Of a stretch of DNA of 33,535 bases, positions 12,113 to 25,975 are shown piece by piece; within the stretch, counting starts at the first letter, position 1, and the number at the start of each line of letters is the position of its first letter. The translations under genes and the position numbers were made by a program. The notes below the pieces were generated by a model, which did no database searches, was not told the origin of the DNA, and worked only from the letters and a program-made list of their open reading frames with translations. The stretch is from Macrostomum lignano (Eukaryota): positions 1 to 33,535 of the forward strand of contig NIVC01003758.1 of assembly GCA_002269645.1 (NCBI GenBank), read 5' to 3'.

Positions 12113-12984
12113 GGCAGAGCTGCGCCGTGGGCAGCTCAGCGGTCGGAAATTTATTTTTCACTCTGACAGCCAAGCAGCCCTTCGGGCCCTCTGCCGCAGC
12201 ACCACCAGCTCCAGATTTGTCCTGGACTGCAACGCCCAGCTCAATGGGCTTGCGCTAGGCAACCAGGTGGAGCTCAGATGGATCCCGGGCCACGCTGCTT
12301 TCCTCGGCAACGAGCGCGCTGACCTGCTGGCTAAGGCTGGCTCCGCCGACGCGCTGCTGGGGCCGGGCCCGGGAGCCCCCATCCCGGCCTCAGTGATCAA
12401 CTCCCGCGTTAAGCGCTAGGCTGATTCCGAGCATCTCCGCAGATGGCGCGACACCCGGAATTGCAGAAAATCCCGTGCTGCCGTCCCCTGCCCCTCTCCT
12501 CTCCTGCGTAGAGCCCTCCTCAGGCTCGCCAGCAGCCTGGGCGTAGAGACCTCAGAGAAGTTAGTATGGCCCCCTCCGGGCATGGCTGCTTCTCTCGCCA
12601 CCGCTTCCTTCAGGGCCAGGTACCCGAGGAGCGGTGCCCCTTATGCCGCTCAGGTAGTGAAAACGCTGAGCACTTCATCTGCCACTGCCCGGTTTTCACC
12701 AGGGCCAGGCTCACTCACCTCGGGCCGAACCCGGTTCTTTCCGACGTTTGCAGGCCCGAGAGCATCCCGCTGCTCGCCCGGTACCTCAGGGACACGGGAC
12801 GAGCTGACTTCTTCCCTACCGCGGGTGAGGAGGACGGCGCTGCAGGCGAGACCGACGGGTCCCCCTGAGCGACATCGCTTCGATGGTAGTCTTTGGTCGC
12901 CAGGGGCTAGTGGAATGGGCGGTCTCCTCCGCCTCCTCGCTGCATCCGCCGGACGCCCCCTGCAGCTATGTCAAGTAAGTCAAA
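12113..12984 (+). mobile_element. 5'-truncated non-LTR retrotransposon (RNase H + C-terminal CCHC-type; I/Loa/R1-like clade), decayed
   Basis: Translates to SDSQAALRAL...LRWIPGHAAFLGNERADLLAKAG (RNase H) and GHGCF...CPLC..ENAEHFICHCP. In-frame TAG at 12417. Tail ctgcagctatgtcaagtaagtcaa. Flanked by a perfect 15-bp direct repeat gccaccaagagccac (12098-12112 and 12985-12999). Confidence 0.92.
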
Positions 12985-13755
12985 GCCACCAAGAGCCACT
13001 GACAATGTCCGCGGGCTGGTCAATCGCATTGAAGAAGTCGGCCAGACTGCTGTAGAAATTCAAAACCGCTCCCTTTCCGCTCCCTCGAAACTTTTTATTC
13101 ACACTGTTGGGCTGTAGGCAGAAGATGGCAGTGGTGAGACCCAGCTCTGAGTGGGCTCACCACCTGACTCCGCATTGTTCATAGTTTAACTTCTCTAGTT
13201 TTTCGTAACCACTTCCAGCTGCTGTTGTGGTTAAGGAATACGCATTTCTGACCTGACTCAGGGGATAAGTCCACATTTTCCAATGATGCTAGTTTGACGA
13301 TATCAACTTTAGTTTGAATTGATTTAGCGGTAGATGATTTAGGTTTATACAACCAGTCGCAGCATGCGTATGCAATTGCAACTTTTAGACCAAAACTACT
13401 TGGTGCAGTTGCATTATTGGTCTGCGTGTGGGCATTAAGCAGCAGCAAAACACTATATTCCGTGTGAGCTATAAGTGAGCTTTTTCCGCCAGGATGCTTT
13501 TACAATACAAAAGCATTATATTGTAACTATTAAGCACTAAATGTTGAATGTACGCTCGTAACATTTGAAATTTAAAGTGGCTTCTTATCCAAGTTCTAGT
13601 TATCAAGGTACACCTGTTTTTGTATAAGGGCTTTTATATTGGGTTTCAGATTCTGCCTGCTGGGTGACAGACGACAGAATTTTTCAATTACTGAGAGATT
13701 ACGGCATCTTATCTGGTGAGTCTGTTGAGCACGAGGTATGATCCGGGCGTCCGCC

Positions 13756-13935
13756 CTCTCCCTCCTCTCCCTCCGCCCACTCCCTCCGCTCTCTCCATCC
13801 ACTCTCTCCATCTGCCCTCTCTCTCCGCTCTCTCCCTCCGCCCTCTTCCTCCGCCCTCTGCCCTCTCCCTACACCCCCTCCCTCTGCCCTCTCCCTCTGC
13901 CCTCTCCCTCTGCCCTCTCCCTCCGCTCTCTTCCC
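13756..13935. repeat. Degenerate CT-rich low-complexity repeat
   Basis: Reiterated ctctccctccgcc / ctctgccctctcc units. Confidence 0.85.
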
Positions 13936-14127
13936 CGACTCTTCACTCTTTTCCAAATATCCTCAGTTTTAAATTATCTAATATATTCATAAAGTCTGTT
14001 TTATTAAAAATTCTGATAATATTCAGAGTCGGAGGAGACAATCGCAGGGAGGTGGGACTGAAGGATCAGCAGATGAAATCCACAGTGAAGTGGCAGCTCT
14101 CACCCCGCTATTCTATGTTCAGAGGAA

Positions 14128-15081
14128 ATGCATCTCCAACCTGCCCGTCGAGTAGCTTTGCTGCTGCTATTGCTCGCTGCAGTCCTGCATCACGTGACCG
14201 AAGCCACTTGAGAACCTCTCCGACTACGAGACCGTGAAGTCGCACTGGTTCAGGATGAGGTCGACTGCATTATCGCTGCCAGCCAGCGACTCCGCTGTGC
14301 AGCTGGTGGCGTTCAACGCCAGCTCCGGCCTGTGCGCTCACTTCAGGTGTCGCCTGGGCCTGAGCCACTCCAGGAAGTGCCGCAATGCCAGCAAGAGAGC
14401 CCAGCCAGTGTGGGTGAGTCACACCTGTGTCACCTTGCAGACAGCCGGCAGTGACTGCTGGACCACCGTGCGGCGCAGGGTGCCCGGCTCAGTGGACTTT
14501 TACCGCGACTGGACTCAGTACCAGAGCGAGTTCGGCGAGGGACCCGACGGAAACTACTGGATCGGTGAGTGCATCCCAGATCTGCTCCATTCGCTTCCTT
14601 TTCCAACTCGGACTTCAATGACAAACACCGCCATGACGTCCGCATCTTCCCAGGCCTGAACTCTCTCCACGCTCTCACTGCTTCTGGTCCTCGGAAGCTG
14701 AGGATCCTGATGAAGGCGTGGAACGACTCTGAGCACTGGGCTGAGTACTCCAGCTTCTCCGTGGGTCCCGAGTCGGACAACTACCGGCTGAGCGTGTCCG
14801 GCTTCTCCGGCAGCGGCGGCATCGGCGACTGCCTCGCCTTCCTTCAGCAACGGAATGCAGTTCACCACGAAGGACGCCGATCACGACACCTACACTAAGA
14901 ACTGCGCTCAGAACTATATAAAGGTGCCTGGTGGTTCAACAGCTGTCACTGCACCCACCCGAACGGAGAGTACAAAGGCTCATCTGCCGCCATCGGAGGT
15001 GCTCATGCAGAGGGAGTCATTTGGAAGAACAACTTTGGCTACTACTGCTCGCTGAAGGAGTTTGAGATGCTGCTTCTGTAA
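14128..15081 (+). pseudogene. Fibrinogen-related domain (FReD/ficolin-like) gene with three apparent frameshifts; intron 14565-14653
   Basis: FReD motifs seen: WTTVRRRVPGSVDFYRDWTQY..FG..GNYWIG|LNSLHALT, AEYSSFSVGPESDNYRL, MQFTTKDADHD..NCA, KGAWWFNSCHCTHPNG, GVIW. A signal-peptide-like start MHLQPARRVALLLLLLAAVLHH is at 14128. Frame breaks near 14209, 14845 and 14919. Confidence 0.85.
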
Positions 15082-15510
15082 TGATAATCATAATAATAAT
15101 AATAATATTAATATTAATAAAAGAAAAATAATATTAGTAATAATAGTAAAAGAAGAAGAATAATAATAATAGTAGTAGTAATAGTAATAGTAATAATAAT
15201 AATGATAGTAATAATTGATTACACCTGCCCTAATGGCCAGATGTGCAACCGACAGCTCAGCCGCAGCTATTGGAACAGCCGTACGCATCTGAAGGCTGCG
15301 TACGGCTGTTCAGTCCAAGGACTGGGGGGTCACCACACACACCCTCAATTACCCCAGATAATGCTGGCACCCATTTTACAGCTGGGGGTGAACTGAAGCA
15401 ATGCAGAGTTAAGTGTCTTGCTCAATGACACAAATTGTTCCGAGTGGGTCGAGAATCGAACCCCCGACCTTCAAGTCATGTATCCGACACTCTAACTACT
15501 AGGCAAGCAA
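15082..15510 (-). mobile_element. tRNA-derived SINE, copy C, with an expanded (TTA/CTA)n tail at 15082-15214
   Basis: Body 15215-15510 is homologous to copies A and B. Confidence 0.85.
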
Positions 15511-15532
15511 CTTTGATCGATTCTCAAGCAAC

Positions 15533-15895
15533 GTTTACTTTGTTTACTTTGTTTACTTTGTTTACTTTGTTTACTTTGTTTACTTTGTTTACTTTGTTTA
15601 CTTTGTTTACTTTGTTTACTTTGTTTACTTTGTTTACTTTGTTTACTTTGTTTACTTTGTTTACTTTGTTTACTTTGTTTACTTTGTTTACTTTGTTTAC
15701 TTTGTTTACTTTGTTTACTTTGTTTACTTTGTTTACTTTGTTTACTTTGTTTACTTTGTTTACTTTGTTTACTTTGTTTACTTTGTTTACTTTGTTTACT
15801 TTGTTTACTTTGTTTACTTTGTTTACTTTGTTTACTTTGTTTACTTTGTTTACTTTGTTTACTTTGTTTACTTTGTTTACTTTGTTTACTTTGTT
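15533..15895. repeat. 9-bp minisatellite (gtttacttt)n, about 40 copies
   Basis: Perfect tandem array; source of the spurious LFT/VNK ORFs. Confidence 0.99.
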
Positions 15896-16056
15896 ATCGC
15901 TGCACAGAAATTCGTTGCTCACTGAAATGCGAGGCAAAACGCATTGATTATTCAAAAATATTACATGTAGATCAAAGAAAGTACGAGCCGTATAGAAGTA
16001 ACAACCCGGAAAAAAACATTGTAATTCTTCTAGTGGGAAGGCAGCTTGTCACGCAG

Positions 16057-17631
16057 CTACAGACAGCAGTGGCACTGGCAGAATCCAGCCATTCGAGTTT
16101 CAAGTCGTCGTGTCTCGCAACTTTTATGACACGTTTTGACGCAGTTTTCGCAAATGGCAGTCGCCCATATCAGCCGGCAGGTGATGCAGTGGTGCAGCTG
16201 CTGGGCGGCTTGCGCGTTGGCTCCGGTGAACATGCGGGTGCAACAGGTGGCGAGCTGAACCGTGACGTTTAAACCTCCGCGTGTCGGCTTGATCATCAGC
16301 AGCTGAGACTCCGGGTCGATCAGGCCCAAGTAGCTGAATTGGAGAAGAAATTTTGAGTATTTTTAAACGGGCGAATCAAGCATAATATTTTATTGACCCA
16401 TTATTTTATTATAGCTGATTACACAGGGACTCGGATACAGGCACACTCTCACTCAGAGTGCACAGCGTTCCCGACTTTCTCATCTTCGTGCTCATTCTAG
16501 TCCACAGAATCGAACTGTTCTTTGACCACGAACCTAGGTTAAACCTAGTTCAACCTACATTTATGTGTGCTCACGGAGCCATTGATTCGTAGAGACCAAA
16601 CGCTATCATTATAGGAGCAAAGGAGCAAAACTTAGCGGAAGAGATACACAGGTGAACAGGATCTACAGTATTTCTGTGTTTAAGACACTTTAAAAGGGTC
16701 TTCATAATTCAGAAAGACCTATAACAAAAAATTAACTTGTTTCGGGATACCTGACTACATACTACGAAGTGTAGAGTAACTAAGAACGTACCAATAATAC
16801 AAATGGCCATTACTGACTATTGACAATTCCTGTTTTCTGATTATTGAACAAATCACCGGACAATTAAAGTAGATCAAGGTCGTTCTTTTTTCGCTTGATT
16901 CCGAATCTTGGTACAAAATTTTCCCCACGAGATTATGCTCGAAGCTTTTGGTTTTAAGCAGGTTAACGATGTGGCTATCTCAAACAAATCATGATTGTTT
17001 TATTTTTTAAGTTCAGAAAATGAGACATTTTACGAGTATTTGCCATGAAAATCAGCCTCCAGCTACTTCAGTTGTCTATAAAGCATATCTCTCACATGTC
17101 GTCCTGCAGTCGTCGATGATCCCTGGCCGTCAGCACCGTTCTCACAACGGTCGACAAGCCGATCGCCAACCGCGGCAGCTGCAACACCGGCAACGCCAGC
17201 GTCCACCTGGTCTGGTAGCTCACTCTCTGGCCATGGATCAGCGATCTCACAAAGTGTTCGCAGTTATTGGTGACCAGATTATATCCTGTCTCGCCAATTC
17301 GAGCCAGGCACTCATTTACCACCAGAGCTCGCTTAGCTGCGTCGCAGTGGCATCGGTAAACTCGCACCGTGCAGCCTTGGGCGACGTCGCGGACGTCCTC
17401 CAACCGGACAGAAGCTCGAGGCTTCGTGTCAGGGCTGCCGGACAGGTGACAAAGCAACGGCAGCGGTTTTGCGCCGCCGCCTAACGGCCAGGCCCAGCCC
17501 AGGAAAATAGCGAAATGATACAGGGCCCGTCTGTCGAAGGCCACCGCTGAGCCCGGCACCATCGCCTTCAGGGCGGCGTCCAGACGCCACGATTCGAAAT
17601 CTTCGTAGCCGTTGGTGTATCCTACGCACAT
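16057..17631 (-). CDS. LRAT/H-NC domain + UBR-box-like zinc finger protein, paralog 1 (exons 17631-17096, 16333-16057; 270 aa)
   Basis: MCVGYTNGY start; YHFAIFLG, CHLSG and YNLVTNNCEHF give the His/His/Cys triad pattern. Donor AT|GTGAGA (17095) and acceptor tccaattcag (16334) join in phase 2 to YLGLIDP...CTRMF...HCITC..AICENCVKTCHKSC...FCQCH. Confidence 0.85.
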
Positions 17632-18097
17632 TCCTGGCAATGACTAAATCTAAGCAGCGAGAGGCAGTGACTATTTAACAAACAGGATTTCTGAAGCAGT
17701 GAGCCTTTTAGTAGCATGGTCCTTATACCGGTAATAGAGAACCAGTAGTTGTCTGTAACACGTACAGTAGCAATTCGTTGCAGTACGTTCGTAGTTCGTG
17801 AGGTAAAGCAAAATGCGTGCGGAGGCCTTTTGTTCGCATTTTTTACCATCTACGAGTAACAGATTTGCAAAAAATGCTTTTCTAGTATATGTAAAGCAAA
17901 CAATTATAAAAGGTCGCAACAGACTTTGAGAGTGCAGTTAAACAGTAGTCTGGATGACATATCTGCAGCTTGATTGATTAAAAACTAAATACGAACAACT
18001 TGCCACTGTACTTGCACTTCACAGCTTCTGTGGCACAGCTTCACAGCTTCTGGGTTCAATATACGGTAAGCGAGAGCAAACCTTTACTAACACAGGT

Positions 18098-18661
18098 CGC
18101 TTCCGGACATTTGCCCTCCGGCACTTCCCCTCCGGCACTTGCCCTCCGGCACTTCCCCTCGGCGGCGTTTGCCCTCCGGACATTTGCCCTCCGGGACATT
18201 TCCCCTCCGGACATTTGCCCTCCGGACATTTGCCCTCCGGACATTTGCCCTCCGGACATTTCCCCTCCGCACATTTGCCCTCTGCAAATTTACCCCCTCG
18301 CACATTACTCACCTCACCTCCTCCTGTACCCACCCGTCGTTCCTCCAGCACCAACCTCATCCTCCCGCCTCTTGCATCCATCAGGTTCTTCTCCAGCCAA
18401 CAACTCATCCTTTTCTAGTAAGCAATATATACCCGCGCCCTACCCTATCCCCAGCCTTACCTGTACTTTTCCAGAGGGGAAATGTCCGGAGGGGAAATGT
18501 CCCCGAGGGCAAATGTCCCCGAGGGCAAATGTCCGGAGGGCAAATGTCCGGAGGGCAAATGTCCCCGAGGGCAAATGTCCTCGAGGGCAAATGTCCGGAG
18601 GGGAAATGCCGGAGGGCAAATGTCCGGAGGGCAAATGCCGGAGGGCAAATGTCCGGTAGCC
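18098..18661. mobile_element. Non-autonomous foldback/Mutator-like DNA element: long inverted arms built from 15-bp tandem units, 9-bp TSD
   Basis: Left arm (about 18098-18298) is made of tccggacatttgccc-type units; right arm (about 18473-18661) is made of their reverse complement. Termini are cgcttccggacatttgccc and, on the reverse complement, ggctaccggacatttgccc. Direct repeat aacacaggt at 18089-18097 and 18662-18670. Confidence 0.85.
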
Positions 18662-19932
18662 AACACAGGTACATGTAAAGACGAGTGCGGAAAGTTGGTG
18701 CAATTTTGATTGTTCTTAAGAGAACGGCGGTCGCAGCCTACAGTGTAACTGTCATTCTTCCCAGGAGTTCGCGATCAGTGTACTTGTGCAAGCACTGTTC
18801 TTTTATATGCCACATGCTCGCTTTATCGTGACGTGGTGCCTGCATCTGCATGCAGACATGGAGTCTCAGAGAAGACGGTAGAGCCCAGGCCTTCTTCGTG
18901 TGCTCTAATGGCTGCATGCTCTGAAGGCCTAGTCGAGTATGACAGCACGGAATTAGTGCTATCAACACGGTCAAAAAACAAAATCAAGGAAATATTGAAA
19001 GCACACGTAATGTATTACATAAAATTTGCTTGATAGTACTATAAGTTTATTAATAGCTTTGATATACATATAGCTTTATATAGTGTCAAGTAGGCATACA
19101 TTTATAGATACAAGTAAGATATGAGCGACATGAAGGCCGCTACACTTCCTCGAAGTTTAACTGTTTTGAGACAGGAATTATCCGGTTTTCGATATTAAAT
19201 TCCCCCAAAATGTAGCCTTCTGGACTTCTGAATTGAAACTGAAACAACTATGCGTTTTTATCCGAGATTTTATCAAGCTTTTCGTTCAAAACAGCAAATG
19301 AAAACCGGCAAGCAAGCAATTAAAAACCCGGAAAATTTTCAGTTTTGCAATCTTAAATAACTCTTATCGACTAATATCAACAATCCTGTGAATTGATAAG
19401 CATTGAATAACATTGATAAGCCAAGGACCACTAGAAGTTACCGTTGTATCAGGACGCAACACTCGTAAATATTGCAAAATTATTTGAAGGCCCGCTGGTT
19501 TGAATTGAGTTCCTGGAACGTATAGACGCTAGGCACTGAAAGGAGCTAAGGTGACGGGAACTTTTAATCCAACTACAAGTACAAGTGGGATCAGACGCTT
19601 TCTTCATCCATGATCTACGGTATATAGAATTAAGATAGACTGGGCCATGGACAGCATGCAAATGTCTTACTGAGAAACTCCACTAAGAGACAAGCGAACC
19701 TACAAATTTGGCTGCTTGTAATTTATGACTGCATGAAAGGGTTTTGTCACAATTAAATTCTAAGTTTTCTGAATTTGCGCGCTGCCAATGGCCCAACCTA
19801 TCTTTATTTTTTAGGCTTTCAACTTCCGGTTCGGTTTTTACTGTCATTGGCAAAGGAAATACTGTAAAAGCCAAAGCCTAGTCAGTTACTAGATCACATG
19901 TTCTTTAGAGTACATGAACTTTAAGTGCAGAT

Positions 19933-22014
<2,082 letters not shown>

Positions 22015-22159
22015 TTCTACTACAAAGGATGGAATGGCCCTTCCGATAAATAAGCTTTGCAGAGACTGTTAAGAAGTTCCTTAATTACACAAGCCCTGTG
22101 AGCATCTCTACTGGATCGTTTTATACGCACAGGTTCTCTCGGCCAGTGTTCTTATCAAA

Positions 22160-22179
22160 GGCAATTCCGCGGAAATACC
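22160..22179. promoter_or_regulatory. 20-bp quasi-palindromic motif ggcaattccgcggaaatacc, about 146 nt upstream of the paralog 2 ATG
   Basis: 17/20 identical to the motif at 32172-32191; core is TTC-N4-GAA. Function is inferred only. Confidence 0.45.
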
Positions 22180-23234
22180 GTCGGTGTGAGTACAATAGAG
22201 GCTTTAGTTCAGTCTCTGTTTAGTTTTTCATTTGTAGGCAAACCGTTTTGGCAGTCTTGGACCGCGATAAATTTACAGTTATTTAACGTATAAGCTACAT
22301 CTAGACCAGAATATATTTCTGGAGTCTGGCTCCAAATGAAGAAAACAATTTATGTGTGCCTCGCAGGCTGGATCTATCAAGTTCGTAGTCAGGGGCTGTT
22401 TTTATTCAGACATGGACTCCTAGATTCTGCACCTATGGGGTTAATATTAGCAACCTATTACATGCTTGTTTGTATTAAAACCAATTAAAACCAGTGTTAG
22501 TCCACTAAGACAGATCATAAATAAACCAGTGGCCTAGACCGCAAGGACTCACGACTGCAATAAGAACTTGCTTTATTTTTATACACTGTTTTTTAACGAA
22601 CAGTTTCCAATTATTTTATGTGTAAATTTGTAAAAAAACAATCACAAGTAACGATTACAAACCGCAAAAGTTAAAACTTGCAACAATAATCAATACGAGC
22701 GTAGCATTGACAATGGTTTCTTTGTTTTTATACAAAGTACAACTTATTTTCTTAGAAACATATTAAGTAGCTCTAAAACAACGATAATGACAACGCCAAC
22801 ACGCAAACGATGCTACTGCTATTCGGGTTACTTTTGAAAGTTACTAGCCGTTAATTATCTGAATCTTGTTTAGTGTACGAGCTACGTTTAGCCGAGAAAC
22901 TTAAGTAAAACAAAACTATTCAAACGGAGGGACCATGAAATAGCTGAGCATAGATGGAAACCAGAGCAGGGCCAATGAGGAAACAACAGAAGGAATCAAG
23001 GGCTCAATTCAATCTTTTACAGCAAAAGGAATAGAACAAATAAAGTCATTGATCAGAACAAAATATCAGACGAACTCGAATTAAAAAGGATTACCAACAG
23101 ATAAAGGAAAACAAAACAGCCGAGAGGAGGCAGAGATAACAGCAGACAGAAACGGCCAGAGGAGTGAGTCCTGCCGCAGCAGCACGAGCGAAAATATTTT
23201 AGTCTATATCGCGGAGGCCCCACAATATTTTAGT

Positions 23235-25302
23235 TCATTTTTTTTCTCTTTCGATTTCCTTCTTGTCTAGATCATCTTCGGTATCTTTGATTGCGAGAAT
23301 CTTTTGCGGCACTTTGGCGACGGTCCTGCCAACGAGTTTCAGTAAGCCGTCTGCTTCCCAGAACAGCTTGCAGCCAGCCTTCGCTGACATGATGGGCACA
23401 AAGGTCAGCGGGATACGGCGTATGGACCACTCGATCAGCAGCCGGATGGGGCACCAGAAGTCTTGCACCGAAGCTGAGCCTTTTCGATCGATCGCCATAA
23501 GCATCTCTTTTCGAATCTCTATCAGCACCCCCATGGCGGCCCTGCTCGATCCGTCCTTCGGAAGCCTATCCCCGATGTCCGTAATCCTAGTCACACAGCG
23601 GCCGAGCTTCTTCAGAGCCCATTTCTGCTTCTTCTTTACCTGACGGGAGAATGCTACATTGGCTTTGGCCCAGTTGCTGAAGTGCTCGCAGTTGCTTCCC
23701 ACGACGTGGTACTGTTTCTCTCCGACTCGCTTCTTCGCCCGTTCCAGCACAGTTTTCGGGTGGAAGCAGTCTAGACTGTGATAGTCAACTCTGTGCATGC
23801 ATTTTACAATGTCTTGAAGCTTTAAAGTGCTCTCTGCTATGCAAGCCTTTGTTGGCAGCTGATTCAAAAAGGCCTGAATAGTTGGCCTGTTTGACTCGCC
23901 AGTATATTCGATAACCTGAACTTCCTTGGAGTCGGGGAGTGTCTTTTCCACTATAGCGTGGTGCGAGTACAAAGACCTCCGAAAGTCAAGCTGGTCGGCC
24001 GGCTTCAGCTCGTCTATGTCGCTAACCTTGACACAGGCATACGGGCGCCCCATTTTGCCTCTGGAGAACCGGCCCTTGACCGCACGTCGGAGGGCCGAGA
24101 CTGTTTGCGGGATTCGGCGATCATCGAAGCTTCTTAGACTGATAGTTTGATCGCACTGATCGCACACGAGCAGGTCATCGTCGGGATCCCCTTCTACCGG
24201 ATGGAGGCTGGCGAAGTTTCCGCAGCACTTTGACAGCTTTTTATATTTCTCTGGAATCGCAGCTATTTTCTTGTCGCTCTGTTTGTCTTTCTCGTCGTCT
24301 GCAGCAGTTTCGAATTGGTCATTTTCTTTGTCCCAAGCTAAAAGAAGTTTTGTTTTGTTGCAAGTGCCGCACTGCTGCAGCACGCACGGCTTGCCTTCGG
24401 TCTCGCTGAGTACAAATTGAACCTGAGCAGAACCGCAGTGTTGGCACTCGAAAGTCTCATTTAGCTGTTTCTGTCCATCTTTCATTCTCTCTTCATTCTC
24501 GCACTTATCTTTCACCTCCTGATGTAGCAAATCGAATCTCTGCTTTGAGATTTTACTAGAACAATTTTGGCATTCAATCATGGTACCTCCCGTTGCAATT
24601 TTGTCAACCTGAACTTTGTCACCATTGCACCTGGGGCACTGGTCCCAGCGTAGTTCGGTGTCCCAAATGAAAGCGCTGTAAGGCTCTCTGCAGTCCAGAC
24701 AGTAATAAGATTTGGTTGGCCATTTGCATGTGCTTAGTTTGAAACTGTGAGGGTCTTGGTTGCCGCATACGCAGCCCACGCATCGCCAGAGTTCGTCTTG
24801 GTCGTTCTGAAGTAAGAGTTCGTGATAACAGAGTGAATTAGCGCATGCAGAGTGTAATTTGTTAAAGCTTCTGTAAACGCTCAGTTTTAAAACCCAAATA
24901 AAATCTGTACCTCATTGCAACTTACATCGGATGTGAATTCGTCATTCTTCTGTCCAGATTCCGGTTTGTCTGACGCACAGGAAGTTCCAGTGGCTTCATT
25001 TTTTCTGCCTTCTTCTCCAGTCTGCAGGGCATTCAAGTTGACGGTTAAGTGCTAAGCAGACACATTAAAATGGTTTTGAGCATAAATTATCTTTGAAATT
25101 TACTTGCCTCTAGAGCTCTGAGACAGAACTTGCAAATTTCCATCACTTCGTCCTGCATTATGAAGGCCTCCTGGCCGCACGACTTGCACAGGGCATTGCT
25201 GACGTCCCCGTTGAAGTCGAAAGTCGTGTCGCACCTGGAGCAGTGGGCTGTCCAGGATTCATCGAACTTGAAGCCACAGCTCTGGCAGTGCTTGCGGGAC
25301 AT
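23235..25302 (-). CDS. Multi-zinc-ribbon (CxxC-rich) + LRAT/H-NC domain protein (probable exons 25302-25108, 25051-24926, 24806-23235; about 630 aa)
   Basis: The large ORF has LRAT motifs YSHHAIV, VIEYTG and YHVVGSNCEHF after many CxxC pairs. The upstream 71-aa CxxC ORF joins in frame through a GAG|GCAAGT (GC-AG) intron and a GAT|GTAAGT intron. The upstream exon model is less certain than exon 3. Confidence 0.75.
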
Positions 25303-25886
25303 TGTTTTTGCAAGCTAATAGTCTTAACGTGTTGTTAGATAATCAGAGCTTTTTAAGGAATTTAATTTTCAAATCAATTTGCCAAATGGAAAAAAAACTC
25401 AGAAACTGTTAAATTCTTTTCGAATTAAAAAAAATGGTTTCTGTGGGTGGGCGCCACTGCGGAAAGCTCGATTTGGTTGTTAAAAAATAAAATAACCAAA
25501 GTACGCGAATAGAGAAAGAGTTAGACAGAAGCAGACTTTGCGCCCATAATGCGGTACTTCAGAATGGCGAGTACACACTGCAATGAGCGCAGCAGAGATA
25601 TCGCGAGAGTACGAATTAAGCTCTCATGTACATTCAATCTTCAATGCACTTAGGTCATAATTTTTCCTTCTCGGAGCAGTCATATTTGTAGCTATTCAAC
25701 AATACTGAGCGAATGAAGCGATACCATAAACCCTGTAGCTAGGGTTGGCAAACTCCAGCCCGAAGGTTATATATGCGGTTCACGAAGTCTCTTTATCCGA
25801 CCCTCGGGTCCTTTTAAACTTCACAATGGCAATCCACAATGGCTGAAGGTTGGTGTTTCAATTTATCTCAGCTACCAAGTCGGATC

Positions 25887-25975
25887 TCCTCTCCTCCTCT
25901 TCTCTCCCTTCTCTCCTCTCCTTTCTCTCCTCTGTCCTCTCTCTTCCCTCTTCTCTTTTATTTCCTCTCTTCTCC
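25887..25975. repeat. CT-rich low-complexity tract
   Basis: Reiterated ctctcctct-like units. Confidence 0.8.

Noticed and set aside
15435-15955. LFT/VNK repeat ORFs on both strands
   Set aside because: Artefacts of a stop-free 9-bp minisatellite.
18000-18709. Many overlapping PEGKC/GQMSG/RRANV ORFs
   Set aside because: Products of the 15-bp repeats in the foldback element arms; open in several frames on both strands.
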